From positions 1 to 52,061 of the forward strand of contig JAVXIH010000001.1 of NCBI GenBank assembly GCA_036648455.1: DNA of 52,061 nt. The letters run 5' to 3'. The number at the start of each line of letters is the position of its first letter. Position 1 is the first letter of the stretch. The translations under genes and the position numbers were made by a program. The notes under the pieces were generated by a model. It made no database searches and had not been told where the DNA came from. It saw only the letters and a program-made list of their open reading frames with translations. Shown piece after piece: positions 20,502 through 30,880 of this stretch. This DNA is from Mucinivorans sp. (GTDB lineage Bacteria > Bacteroidota > Bacteroidia > Bacteroidales > Rikenellaceae).

Positions 20502-22153
20502 TAGAGGTCTATTGTGGTGCTAATCGTATTATTAGTTCTTTAGGGGTGGATACTCCGCAGAACTACAATGGCGTGTGCTCATACACTACCAACATTAGTC
20601 GTTATGGCGACAACACTCCTCTTTGCTTGATAAACAGAGATAGTTTAGATTGTTCAGCATTAGAGGATTGCACTTTTGCCGAACAACTCTCGATATTGGC
20701 TCTCTCGGATGTGGTGGGGCGCAGTGGAGTGAGCCTTGAAAGCCAAAGTACGTTATTAATATTATCGACCACCAAAGGAAATGTAGAGTGCCTCAACAGC
20801 GATTTCAAGAGTAGCTACCTATGGAAAATGGCAGATAAAATAGCTAATCACTTTGGTTGTGCCAACAAGCCATTGATTGTGTCCAACGCCTGCATATCGG
20901 GTGTGGCGGCAATAGTTATTGGAGCTCGATTAATTCGTCAAGGGAGATATGATTCGGTGTATGTGCTAGGGGTTGATGTGGTGAGCGAATTTGTGGTAAG
21001 TGGGTTTAACTCTTTCAAGTCGATAAGCCCAACGGTGTGTCGCCCCTACGATGTGTCAAGAGATGGCTTGACCCTTGGCGAAGGATGTGCCACATTGTTG
21101 CTCACTAATGATAGAGATTTATCAGACTCTAAAATTGTGGTAACAGGCGGCGCTATGTCGGACGATGCAAACCATATTTCGGGGCCATCACGTAGCGGCG
21201 ATGGATTGTTTTATGCCATAGATTCAGCTATCAAGCAATCTGGCATTGAGGCTGGTGAGCTGGGATTTGTTAATACCCACGGCACAGGCACATCGTTCAA
21301 TGACCAGATGGAGAGCCGGGCTTTGGATATGGCAGCGCTCAGGGCAGTAGCGTGTAATTCGCTCAAACCATACTTAGGACACACGCTTGGTGCGTCGGGT
21401 GTTATTGAGGCCATATTGGCCATTGAACAACTGCGCCATAATTATGTATTTGGGGTTAAAGGATATGCCCAAAACGGACTCCCTTTTGAACTGAATGTGT
21501 CGGCGAAGCATCGTGAGATGGAGGTTAATCACTGTTTGAAGACAGCATCTGGATTTGGTGGCACAAATGCCGCCCTTGTTTTGTCGAAGGAGGCTGCTTT
21601 GAAAATTAAACCCAATAAAGACAAGGGACAGATCTCTATTGTTGAGGCCGCGCACGTAGAAATTAAGCAACAAGACGATGTCCCATTTTCGGAATATATA
21701 AGAGCTGAATATAGAGCGTTGGGAGAGCCAAATATGAAATTTTTCAAAATGGATAACCTCTCGAAATTGGCTTACGTGGCCTCTTGCCGACTTTTTGAGG
21801 GTGTGAATTTGCCATATCCGTCGAGCCGTATTGGTGTGGTGTTGGCTAACCGAAGTTCATCGCTCGATACGGACATCGCCCACCAACAGATAGTAGACCA
21901 ACATCTGCCCGAGGGCAGTTCGCCTGCCGTTTTTGTGTATACACTTGCCAATATTATGGCAGCAGAAATTGCCATTAAACACAAGTTGCAGGGTGAGCTT
22001 TCTCTCTTTATATACGCAGACAAGAATATGGAGTTCATAGAGGACTATTCCGCTCAACTGATTAGCAATGATGTGTGCGATGCGGTTGTGTGCGGCTGGT
22101 GCGAGTTATTGAAAGACGAGTATGACGCAGAGTTAAAGATATTAAAAAAATAG
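20486..22153 (+). CDS. Ketosynthase fused to a C-terminal non-catalytic KS-like (CLF-like) domain; probable ATG at 20486
   Basis: SNACISG, HGTGT, GHTLG, SGFGG, then about 175 aa with FFKMDNLSKL and SPAVFVYTLAN. Confidence 0.85.
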   Translation: MGRKVIEVYCGANRIISSLGVDTPQNYNGVCSYTTNISRYGDNTPLCLINRDSLDCSALEDCTFAEQLSILALSDVVGRSGVSLESQSTLLILSTTKGNVECLNSDFKSSYLWKMADKIANHFGCANKPLIVSNACISGVAAIVIGARLIRQGRYDSVYVLGVDVVSEFVVSGFNSFKSISPTVCRPYDVSRDGLTLGEGCATLLLTNDRDLSDSKIVVTGGAMSDDANHISGPSRSGDGLFYAIDSAIKQSGIEAGELGFVNTHGTGTSFNDQMESRALDMAALRAVACNSLKPYLGHTLGASGVIEAILAIEQLRHNYVFGVKGYAQNGLPFELNVSAKHREMEVNHCLKTASGFGGTNAALVLSKEAALKIKPNKDKGQISIVEAAHVEIKQQDDVPFSEYIRAEYRALGEPNMKFFKMDNLSKLAYVASCRLFEGVNLPYPSSRIGVVLANRSSSLDTDIAHQQIVDQHLPEGSSPAVFVYTLANIMAAEIAIKHKLQGELSLFIYADKNMEFIEDYSAQLISNDVCDAVVCGWCELLKDEYDAELKILKK

Positions 22154-22156
22154 ACT

Positions 22157-22414
22157 ATGGAAGAATTAAAACAAGAGTTAAAAGAGAAGTTGATCGAGGC
22201 TCTAAATTTAGAAGAGATTACTCCGGATGATATTGATTCGAGCGCACCGTTGTTTGGTGATGGGCTTGGTCTGGATTCAATAGATGCCTTAGAGATTATC
22301 CTGATACTTGAAAAATCGTATGGCATACGGTTGGAAAATCCAGCTGCGGCAAAGGAGATATTTTTCTCAGTCAATACGTTAGCTCAATTTATTAGTGAGA
22401 ACAAAAAGCAATAA
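22157..22414 (+). CDS. Acyl carrier protein 2
   Basis: 85 aa, PLFGDGLGLDSIDALE typical of APE-cluster ACPs. Confidence 0.93.
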   Translation: MEELKQELKEKLIEALNLEEITPDDIDSSAPLFGDGLGLDSIDALEIILILEKSYGIRLENPAAAKEIFFSVNTLAQFISENKKQ

Positions 22415-22416
22415 AA

Positions 22417-23583
22417 ATGTTTATTAGAGTTTGTGGCATCGGCCTTGTGTCTGCAATAGGCGTGGGCTCAGCCGAGAATTTCAGCAGCTTGCTGTCTAGC
22501 AATTGTGGTATTGGAGCCCTTACGCTTTTCGATAGTGCTGTTGATGTGCCAGTTGGGCAGGTTAAGCGCACCAACGGTCAACTCAAAGAGTTGCTCGGTA
22601 TAGCGCAGACGACAACCATTTCACGAACTGCCCTTTTGGGAGCTATTGCAGCACGAGAGGCTATCGATGATGCTCAAATACCAGACGGGAGTAGAATTGG
22701 ACTTATTTCATCAACCACCGTAGGGGGGATGGATCTGTCGGAGAATTTTTATGCCGATTTCAGAAACAACCCAAACTCTGGGCGTTTACGTGATATTGTT
22801 GGACACGATTGTGGCAGTAGTACCGAATTTATTGCCCGTCAATGTGGAATAACAGGTTTTAGGACCACCATAAGTACGGCTTGCTCATCGGCTGCCAATG
22901 CAGTTATTATGGGTGCCGAGATGCTCAAATGCGATATGCTGGACTATGTGCTCGTTGGAGGGGTGGATTCTCTCTGCCGATTTACGCTCAACGGGTTCAA
23001 CTCGCTTATGATTTTGGATAAGGGGCTCTGTCGCCCATTAGACAGAGATCGCAACGGACTAAACTTAGGCGAAGGAGCAGGATATTTGGTGCTCGCCAAA
23101 AATACGACGAAGTCTTATTGCTCATTGTCGGGTTATGCGAATGCGAATGATGCCTTCCATCAGACAGCATCTTCCGATAATGGTCAAGGGGCTTATCTGT
23201 CTATGTGCGGCGCTATCGAAAGGGCTGGCATATTGCCTTGTGAGATTGACTACATCAATCTTCACGGCACAGGAACACAGAATAACGATAGTTCGGAGAT
23301 GGCCGCCGTGGGGCGTGTGTTTGGGGACGACGTGCCGCCGTGTAGCTCAACAAAATGCTATACAGGACACACCTTGGCAGCCGCAGGAGCCATCGAGGCG
23401 GTCTACTCTATTTTGGCAATCCAGAATGGAGTGCGCTATGCTAATTTGCGTTTTGAGAATCCAATTGAGGGTGCAGCTAGCCCCTTGACACAGATCCAGA
23501 GGGGAGTTACAATAAAAAATGTGCTTTCAAATTCGTTTGGATTCGGAGGGAATTGTTCATCGCTAATCTTCTCTAAGGAATGA
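22417..23583 (+). CDS. Beta-ketoacyl-ACP synthase (partner of the downstream CLF)
   Basis: TACSS, HGTGT, GHTL, NSFGFGG. Confidence 0.93.
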   Translation: MFIRVCGIGLVSAIGVGSAENFSSLLSSNCGIGALTLFDSAVDVPVGQVKRTNGQLKELLGIAQTTTISRTALLGAIAAREAIDDAQIPDGSRIGLISSTTVGGMDLSENFYADFRNNPNSGRLRDIVGHDCGSSTEFIARQCGITGFRTTISTACSSAANAVIMGAEMLKCDMLDYVLVGGVDSLCRFTLNGFNSLMILDKGLCRPLDRDRNGLNLGEGAGYLVLAKNTTKSYCSLSGYANANDAFHQTASSDNGQGAYLSMCGAIERAGILPCEIDYINLHGTGTQNNDSSEMAAVGRVFGDDVPPCSSTKCYTGHTLAAAGAIEAVYSILAIQNGVRYANLRFENPIEGAASPLTQIQRGVTIKNVLSNSFGFGGNCSSLIFSKE

Positions 23584-24194
23584 AATATTATATAAATTGT
23601 GCAAAACGATCTGACTCATTGGCACGAGAGGTCAAGGAGTTGATCCCAGATATGAATATGCGACGACGGATGAGCCGTGTAGTGAAAATGGGCGTTACAA
23701 CCGGAATTGAATCTTTGGTTGACTTTGATGCGTATGGGCAGGTTGATGCAATTGTAACAGCGACGTGGTTAGGATGTGTTGCCGACAGTGAGAAATTTTT
23801 ATATAATCTGCTCGACTCAAATGAGCAGATGCTTAACCCAACGCCATTTATACAATCAACATTCAATACCGTTGGGGCACAAATAGCTCAAATTAGGTCT
23901 ATGCACTGCTACAACAATACTTTCACACACAAAAATAGTAGCTTTGAGAGTGCCGTTCTTGATGCGATACTGTGTTTGGATAGTGGTCGCGCTAGGGCTG
24001 TTTTGGTTGGCGTGTATGACGAGTTGACCCCAACGGTGGAGGCGATATTACAGAGATTGAACGTGCCAAAAACTAAAAAGTTGATCGAAGGGGCTTTCTT
24101 CTTTGTTTTGACTGCCCAGCCGCTGGATTGTTCGGTGTGGGAGCTTAGCCTTTCTCTCGGCGCAACAGCAGAAGTAGAGATAAAATGTATATGA
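23580..24194 (+). CDS. Chain length factor (non-catalytic KS N-terminal-like)
   Basis: RRRMSRVVKM, PTPFIQSTFN; no catalytic triad; 4-nt overlap with the KS. Confidence 0.8.
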   Translation: MKYYINCAKRSDSLAREVKELIPDMNMRRRMSRVVKMGVTTGIESLVDFDAYGQVDAIVTATWLGCVADSEKFLYNLLDSNEQMLNPTPFIQSTFNTVGAQIAQIRSMHCYNNTFTHKNSSFESAVLDAILCLDSGRARAVLVGVYDELTPTVEAILQRLNVPKTKKLIEGAFFFVLTAQPLDCSVWELSLSLGATAEVEIKCI

Positions 24195-24871
24195 TAATGA
24201 TAATAATAATAGTGATTGTTGTATGCGCGGTGATGTTTTACGGATCATATAGCGTCGCCCATAGCTTCTATTTGAAGAGTTTGTGCCGAGGTGGTGACTC
24301 TTCGATGGGTGTTGCAATCACCTTTGATGATGGTGTTGACCCTGTGATGACCCCCAAAGTGCTCAGAGTACTACATCGGTATGGCGCTAAGGCTACATTC
24401 TTTATTATCGGAGACAAGGCGCGTCAATACCCTGAGCTAGTTAAGCAAATAGTTGATGGTGGCCACACGGTAGGCAACCATTCGTATTATCATCAACCAT
24501 ATTTTCCGATGAAAAGCAGTAGGGCAATGTGCCGAGAAATTGAAATGTGCAGTGAAACATTAAAGAGTATCACGGGACAAGACGTAGTGTTTTTTCGACC
24601 TCCGTTTGGGGTTACTAACCCAATGGTTCGCAGGGCGGCTGATCAATCTGGACTAACTTCAATCGGTTGGAGTATTCGCTCTCTGGACACAATGGGAGGA
24701 TCTAAGGATCAAATTTACAGTCGCGTAACTCGCAAATTGAAGACCGGTAGCGTGGTGCTTCTACACGATAATTTAGATGGGGCCGAAGCACTACTCGATG
24801 CTATTTTGTCTCAGATGCAAAGCAAAGGGCTTCGGTCAATTACCATTAATGAACTTTTTGACGCAAAATAG
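24185..24871 (+). CDS. Polysaccharide deacetylase (CE4/NodB) with N-terminal membrane anchor
   Basis: TFDDG, NHSYYH, RPPFG, LLHD. Confidence 0.9.
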   Translation: MYMIMIIIIVIVVCAVMFYGSYSVAHSFYLKSLCRGGDSSMGVAITFDDGVDPVMTPKVLRVLHRYGAKATFFIIGDKARQYPELVKQIVDGGHTVGNHSYYHQPYFPMKSSRAMCREIEMCSETLKSITGQDVVFFRPPFGVTNPMVRRAADQSGLTSIGWSIRSLDTMGGSKDQIYSRVTRKLKTGSVVLLHDNLDGAEALLDAILSQMQSKGLRSITINELFDAK

Positions 24872-24873
24872 AT

Positions 24874-25497
24874 ATGATTAAAGGTGTAATTACGATAATT
24901 TTCAGTCTGAGTATTCTGTTTTCAAATGCCCAGACGAACGATGTCGTGCAAGAATTTAAAGCTAAGTTGGAGAGTGTAAGCAGTAAAAACAGCACTATAA
25001 GTTGTGATTTCACCCAAATAAAAAAGGTGAAAAACATAAAGAAACCTATTGAAAATTACGGGCAATTTTTGTATGACAATAGTGGATTAATGGCGCTGAT
25101 ATACGCCCAACCCAAAGGCGATAAAATTGTGATGAATGGAGATCTGTTTACCGTTGTAGCTAATGGTCGAAAGCTGACCAGTGACGCTTCGTCTAACCCT
25201 ATGATGGCTCAGATTTCGTTTATGATGCAGGCGTGTATGTCGGGCAATGTTAGCCAATTGGGGCGTGGGTGGGATATGAGTGTAACGAAAACCGAAGGTG
25301 GCTATCAAGTTGTGCTTTCACCAACCGATAGGCGTGTAAAAAAATATATTAGTGGCATGAGAATGCTTTTCGACAAGGCGAACATCACTCTCAATGAGCT
25401 CCGCATAGAGGAGAGTACGGGTGGATATACAGAATATCGCTTTGTCAACAAAAAACTAAACCAAAAGATTAATAGTTCATATTTCAAACCCGAATAA
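24874..25497 (+). CDS. LolA-like periplasmic lipid carrier
   Basis: Signal peptide, CDFTQIK, YAQP pattern, about 200 aa, cluster context. Confidence 0.75.
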   Translation: MIKGVITIIFSLSILFSNAQTNDVVQEFKAKLESVSSKNSTISCDFTQIKKVKNIKKPIENYGQFLYDNSGLMALIYAQPKGDKIVMNGDLFTVVANGRKLTSDASSNPMMAQISFMMQACMSGNVSQLGRGWDMSVTKTEGGYQVVLSPTDRRVKKYISGMRMLFDKANITLNELRIEESTGGYTEYRFVNKKLNQKINSSYFKPE

Positions 25498-25501
25498 AAC
25501 T

Positions 25502-25855
25502 ATGAACAGAGTATTTAAGATAACGAGAGTTTCGCAAGTTGAACAGACATTTTTGTATAGTGCCGAGATAGATGCTCTACATCCTGTTTTTTGCGGACAT
25601 TTCCCGCAGAGGCCTATCGTGCCAGGAGTTTGTACGATGAGTATGATTAAGGAGTGTTTGGCCGATGCGTTGTCGCATAGCGTTAGATATGATTATATAA
25701 AAGAGTGTAAATTTCTATCGGCCATTAGCCCTTCAAGCCATAAAACAGTGGAGGTGAGCCTTACGCTAAAATCGATCGAAGATCAAATGAATGTCGTTGC
25801 CACGGTTCACGCGGCAGGCGTAACGATGATGAAACTTAAAGCAACGTTACTATAA
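25502..25855 (+). CDS. FabZ/ApeI-like dehydratase
   Basis: HPVFCGHFPQRPIVPGV. Confidence 0.85.
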   Translation: MNRVFKITRVSQVEQTFLYSAEIDALHPVFCGHFPQRPIVPGVCTMSMIKECLADALSHSVRYDYIKECKFLSAISPSSHKTVEVSLTLKSIEDQMNVVATVHAAGVTMMKLKATLL

Positions 25856-27024
25856 TGGCCCCAACCAAACAGATAATAGACGAGCAGAAGATACTTGTTG
25901 TTGTGCCTACATATAACAATGTGGGGACACTGGCCGAGTTGATCACCCAGGTGAAGCAATTCAGCGGCCATATTTTGGTGGTTAACGATGGTTCGACCGA
26001 TGCGACCACCGAGCGACTCAAATCTCTTGATGTGCCGCATATTTGCTATTCGCCCAACAGAGGTAAGGGCTATGCCATTCGTCGTTCGTTCCAGTATGCC
26101 ATAGAGAATGGTTACAACTATGTTCTTACGATAGATTCCGATGGGCAGCATTATGCTAGCGATATAGCAAATTTCGCAAACGAAATTGCCGCCAATCCAG
26201 ATTCACTGATCATCGGAGCACGCAATCTCACGGCTGATAATATGCCCTCAAAAAACACCTTTGCCAATAAATTTTCTAATTTCTGGTATCGCGTCGAGAC
26301 GGGCAATAGATTGAGTGATACGCAGTCGGGATTTAGGCTCTATCCGATACGCAAAATAGGGGATATGCGCTTTATGTCCAACAGATATGAGTTCGAAGTA
26401 GAGGTGATAGTGCGTGCGGCGTGGAAGGGTGTCAAGGTCTACAATATCCCGATACAGGTCTATTACCCCCCAATCGCAGAGCGCATTTCGCACTTCAAAC
26501 CGTTGAGAGATTTTACTCGTATAAGTATTCTCAACAGCGTGTTGGTCATCCTGGCGCTATTGGTTTACTATCCGTGGAAGTGTATAAAACTAGTGACAAA
26601 AGAGAATATCAAATCTTTTATACGAGACAATATCACCCACACACAAGAGTCGCATCACCACGTGGCAGCCTCGATTGGGTTGGGTGTGTTTTTTGGTATA
26701 GTTCCCATATGGGGCTACCAGATGATTGTGGCAGGGATAACGGCACATCTGCTACGGCTCAACACCGTGCTGACGGTCATCAGTTCTAATATAAGTATTC
26801 CGCCAATGATACCATTTATTCTATATGGCAGTTTCTATGTTGGAGCGCTTCTGTTAGGTTCAGATGCTAGTTTAAGCCTCTCTTCTATCTCATTTACGAC
26901 GGTCTATGAAGATCTATTTCAATACGTCTATGGAGCTATGGCATTTGCCGTCATTTGCGGCACGGCAGCCTATGTGATAACCTTTATTTCACTTTTATTA
27001 TTCAGACACAAAACAAATGGGTAA
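25855..27024 (+). CDS. GT2 glycosyltransferase with C-terminal membrane (DUF2062-like) domain
   Basis: VPTYNN, VNDGSTD, NRGKG, DSDGQH, DTQSGFR; hydrophobic C-terminus. Confidence 0.88.
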   Translation: MAPTKQIIDEQKILVVVPTYNNVGTLAELITQVKQFSGHILVVNDGSTDATTERLKSLDVPHICYSPNRGKGYAIRRSFQYAIENGYNYVLTIDSDGQHYASDIANFANEIAANPDSLIIGARNLTADNMPSKNTFANKFSNFWYRVETGNRLSDTQSGFRLYPIRKIGDMRFMSNRYEFEVEVIVRAAWKGVKVYNIPIQVYYPPIAERISHFKPLRDFTRISILNSVLVILALLVYYPWKCIKLVTKENIKSFIRDNITHTQESHHHVAASIGLGVFFGIVPIWGYQMIVAGITAHLLRLNTVLTVISSNISIPPMIPFILYGSFYVGALLLGSDASLSLSSISFTTVYEDLFQYVYGAMAFAVICGTAAYVITFISLLLFRHKTNG

Positions 27025-30000
27025 CTTTTTTATTAATATATTTGACTTTTTGTCTTGTCGCAAACCTCTTATGTGGTTGATGCTTGTAGGGAGCATTGCT
27101 GTGATGGCAATAGCCGCGATGCAGGTAAGCTACGTCGAAGATATTACCAGCTTTTTCCCAAAGCAACAACAAAACATCTCTCATATATTTGACAACCTTA
27201 AAGCAAAAGATAAATTTGTGGTTATGTTTAGCTCCACCAGTGATAGTGGTGACCTTGATGAGTTGATCGAAGTGGCTGAACATTTCAAGAAGGAGATAAC
27301 TGCACATAAATTTTTCTCTCAGAATGCGCAACTAACACTGGGGGTTAATGACTCTATTATAGGGCAGATGTCGGACTTTGTGTATGACAATCTGCCGATT
27401 TTTATGGATGATGCCCAATACAAACGGTTAGATTCACTCACCAATCCTCGTGTTATAGCGGCTCGGATGGAGCAAAATTACAACAACCTTCTCTCGCCCA
27501 TAGGTGGTTATATTGCGGATATAGTCTATAAAGATCCTCTCTCATTAGGCGGCGAGGTGTTGAAGGAGTTGCAAAATATGGGCAACAACTTTAACTATAA
27601 GATGGTGGATGATTATATCTTTTCCAAAGACGAGAAGACTTTAATTTGTTACATACAACCATACGCCAAGATGAACGGTGGCGACAAGGATAAGCTAATC
27701 GACATCATCGAAAACTCTTTAGAAAAAAGCAAAGAGAGCTACCCCACTGTGTTGCCTGAATATTTTGGTGCCGATGCGGTGGCATCGTATAATGCTCGTC
27801 AGATTAAGTTCGACAGTATGGTGACTCTCAATATTGCTATTTTGATAGTGGTGGTTTTCCTGACTCTTTTGTTTAGGAACAAGTATAGCATATTTTTGGT
27901 TTTGACTCCTCCTCTTTTCGGTGCTCTGTTTGCTCTGTCACTAATATATCTGCTTAAAGGGTCAATATCTTTAATTGCAGTAGGTTCGGGCTCCATTATA
28001 TTTGGGATTGCCTTCAGCTACTCTATACATATGCTCTCTCACTCTAACCACTGCACAGATATGAGGCAGCTCATTCGCGAGTTGGCATACCCACTTACCA
28101 TAGGCAGCATCACCACCATTGGTGCCTTCGCAGGGTTACTGCTTACGAACTCTATGTTGTTGCAAGATTTTGGATTGTTCTCGGCCTTGACTCTCATTGG
28201 CACAACACTTTTTGCACTTATCTTTCTGCCGCATTTTCTGAATACTAAATCCATCAACAAGAGTGCCGATAGTAAATTATTGGATTTTGTATATCGCGTA
28301 TCTAATACTCGCTTGGATAGAAACCGACCACTCATTTTATTGATTGTTGTCACAACATTGGTTTGTGCACTGTTTTTCAACCAAGTGAGCTTCGATAGTA
28401 ATATGATGAAGCTCAACTACAATGCGCCCCATCTTCAAGCGGCTGAGTTGAGGCTAAATTCATTTATGGACGACAAGGCAGATCAATCAACGGTCTTGTT
28501 TATCTCATCGTCCGAGCAGAGTAATGATGCGGCCATTGAGTACAACAAACTATGCTCGATCTTAGATTCACTCCAAGCCGAGGGCGATATTCTTTCATTT
28601 TCGTCGGTTCGTCGGTTTGTTGTTTCTGATTCCGTCCAAAGATCTAGACTTGATAGATGGAACAGTTTCTGGACACCTGAACGTCGCACCGAGGTTATGG
28701 CGGCCATCAATAGTAGTGCCGATCAGCTAGGCTTTGACAAGAATGCTTATGTCGATTTTGAATCTATTCTCAAGCGAGAGTATCATACGCTAGGCTATGA
28801 TAAGGATAGTGAAGGGGTGAAATTGTTTCAGGATTGGATCTCGCCAAGCGAGCGCCTTACATCGTTTATTGCACAAGTAAAGCTGACAGATAGTTTAAAA
28901 TCAGCTATATACGATACTATTTCGGCGCAGAGTGGTTCCATCGCTGTCGATCGAGCTTTTTTTGCCAGTAAGATGGCCGAAGATGTGAGCGAGAATTTCT
29001 ATTTGATTCTGTATATCTCAGGTTTTTTGATATTTTTTGTTCTGTTGCTCTCCTACGGGCGTTTGGAGCTGGCTCTGATGGCCTTTATGCCGATGTTAGT
29101 GAGCTGGGTTATTATTTTGGGTGTAATGTCGATATTAGGTATCGAATTTAATATTGTTACCATTATTCTATCCACTTTCATTTTTGGTATTGGAGACGAT
29201 TTTAGCATCTTCATTATTGATGGGCTGCAAAGTGAATACAGGGATCGAACCAATGTCTTGCAGCAACATAATACAGCCATTTTCTTTTCGGCTTTTGCTA
29301 TTGTTGTCGGTATGGGGGCTTTGATGTTTGCGGAGCATCCTGCAATGAAATCATTGGGCATTATATCGTTGGTTGGCATTATAGTAGTGGTTTTAGTCTC
29401 TTATACTATTCAACCTTATCTGTTCCGAGCGCTGATTACCTCGCAAAGCACAAAGGGGGGATTTCCATACACGATTATGGGATTACTTAATACAATATAT
29501 GCTTTTGGTCTGTTTTTGTTTGGTTGTTTTGCGATACAATTTATTATCGGAGGAATGTTTCTGGTCCCCATTAGTCGGAAGCGACGCAAAGGGTTGATAC
29601 GCAACATTACGAGCTGGTCTACTCACGCTTTTCTAAGGGCGATGGTGACAACCAAGATGGTTAATATCAATCAAGTTGGTGAGACATTCAAAAAGCCAGC
29701 TATAATCATAGCCAACCACCAATCATTTATTGACATTTTGATTCTACTTGGATTACATCGTAAATTGGTGATGGTAACTAATGGCTGGGTGTGGCGCTCT
29801 CCGTTTTTTGGCAAAATAGTGCGCTACCTCGATTTTTATCACACCGAGAATGGTTACCAAGAGTTGGCCGAGTCGTTGAGGGATAAAGTTAATGATGGTT
29901 ATAGTGTTATTGTTTTTCCTGAGGGGACGCGTTCGCCCGACAACCAGATTAAACGCTTTCACAAAGGGGCATTCTACCTTGCCGAATATCTGAAATTGGA

Positions 30001-30880
30001 CATTCTACCTATTTTGATTTATGGCAATGGGTTGGTATCCTCTAAGCGGCAACCGCTATACATAAAACACGGGTTGTTGGTCTCTAAGATATTGCCGCGC
30101 ATTGCCTTTGACTCTGCCGAATATGGCGAAGGCTACAAGGCTCGCGCAAAGAGCATAACTCGATATTTTAAAGCAGAGTATCACAACCTGTATGAAGAAC
30201 TAAACCGCACAAGTAACCCTTATTTCAGAGATGCGATAATTAAAAACTACACCTACAAAGGGCCCGTGTTGGAGTGGTATATGAGGGTTAAACTACGTAT
30301 GGAAAAATGGTATGACACGTATGACAGATTACTCCCTCGCCAGGGGCATATAGTTGACCTTGGGTGTGGGTATGGGGCGATGAGTTATATGGTTGCGATG
30401 TTGTCCGACAGCCGACGTGTTACGGGTATTGATTATGACCAACAGAAGATTGCTCTTGCGAACAACTGCTTCTCTAAAAATGATAATATAAACTTTATCC
30501 ACGCCGATATTTGTAATTTTGATATTCCTGCTGCCGATGGTTATGTGATTAGTGATGTGCTACATTACATTGATCGGGATTCTCAGAACAGAGTGGTTCA
30601 GATGTGTATTGACCGAATGAGTGAGGGTGGTGTGTTGCTGATCCGTGATGGTGATAGCTCGATCAAAGAGCGTCATACGCATACCGAGCAGAGTGAAAAA
30701 TGGTCGACACGGATCATTAAATTTAATAAAACGAAGGGTCCTCTTTGTTTCTTGTCAAAAGAGCAAATTGAAAACATTGCACAACTCAACAATATGAGTT
30801 TAGAGATTGTTGAGTGCAACAAACATAATAGTAATACACTATTTGTACTCAAACCAAACAGACAAGAATATGGAGAATAG
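27017..30880 (+). CDS. Trifunctional MMPL transporter / PlsC-like acyltransferase / class I SAM methyltransferase
   Basis: Two RND-like TM blocks (GIGDDFSIF), NHQSFID and FPEGTRS, VDLGCGYG; 1287 aa. Confidence 0.9.
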   Translation: MGNFFINIFDFLSCRKPLMWLMLVGSIAVMAIAAMQVSYVEDITSFFPKQQQNISHIFDNLKAKDKFVVMFSSTSDSGDLDELIEVAEHFKKEITAHKFFSQNAQLTLGVNDSIIGQMSDFVYDNLPIFMDDAQYKRLDSLTNPRVIAARMEQNYNNLLSPIGGYIADIVYKDPLSLGGEVLKELQNMGNNFNYKMVDDYIFSKDEKTLICYIQPYAKMNGGDKDKLIDIIENSLEKSKESYPTVLPEYFGADAVASYNARQIKFDSMVTLNIAILIVVVFLTLLFRNKYSIFLVLTPPLFGALFALSLIYLLKGSISLIAVGSGSIIFGIAFSYSIHMLSHSNHCTDMRQLIRELAYPLTIGSITTIGAFAGLLLTNSMLLQDFGLFSALTLIGTTLFALIFLPHFLNTKSINKSADSKLLDFVYRVSNTRLDRNRPLILLIVVTTLVCALFFNQVSFDSNMMKLNYNAPHLQAAELRLNSFMDDKADQSTVLFISSSEQSNDAAIEYNKLCSILDSLQAEGDILSFSSVRRFVVSDSVQRSRLDRWNSFWTPERRTEVMAAINSSADQLGFDKNAYVDFESILKREYHTLGYDKDSEGVKLFQDWISPSERLTSFIAQVKLTDSLKSAIYDTISAQSGSIAVDRAFFASKMAEDVSENFYLILYISGFLIFFVLLLSYGRLELALMAFMPMLVSWVIILGVMSILGIEFNIVTIILSTFIFGIGDDFSIFIIDGLQSEYRDRTNVLQQHNTAIFFSAFAIVVGMGALMFAEHPAMKSLGIISLVGIIVVVLVSYTIQPYLFRALITSQSTKGGFPYTIMGLLNTIYAFGLFLFGCFAIQFIIGGMFLVPISRKRRKGLIRNITSWSTHAFLRAMVTTKMVNINQVGETFKKPAIIIANHQSFIDILILLGLHRKLVMVTNGWVWRSPFFGKIVRYLDFYHTENGYQELAESLRDKVNDGYSVIVFPEGTRSPDNQIKRFHKGAFYLAEYLKLDILPILIYGNGLVSSKRQPLYIKHGLLVSKILPRIAFDSAEYGEGYKARAKSITRYFKAEYHNLYEELNRTSNPYFRDAIIKNYTYKGPVLEWYMRVKLRMEKWYDTYDRLLPRQGHIVDLGCGYGAMSYMVAMLSDSRRVTGIDYDQQKIALANNCFSKNDNINFIHADICNFDIPAADGYVISDVLHYIDRDSQNRVVQMCIDRMSEGGVLLIRDGDSSIKERHTHTEQSEKWSTRIIKFNKTKGPLCFLSKEQIENIAQLNNMSLEIVECNKHNSNTLFVLKPNRQEYGE

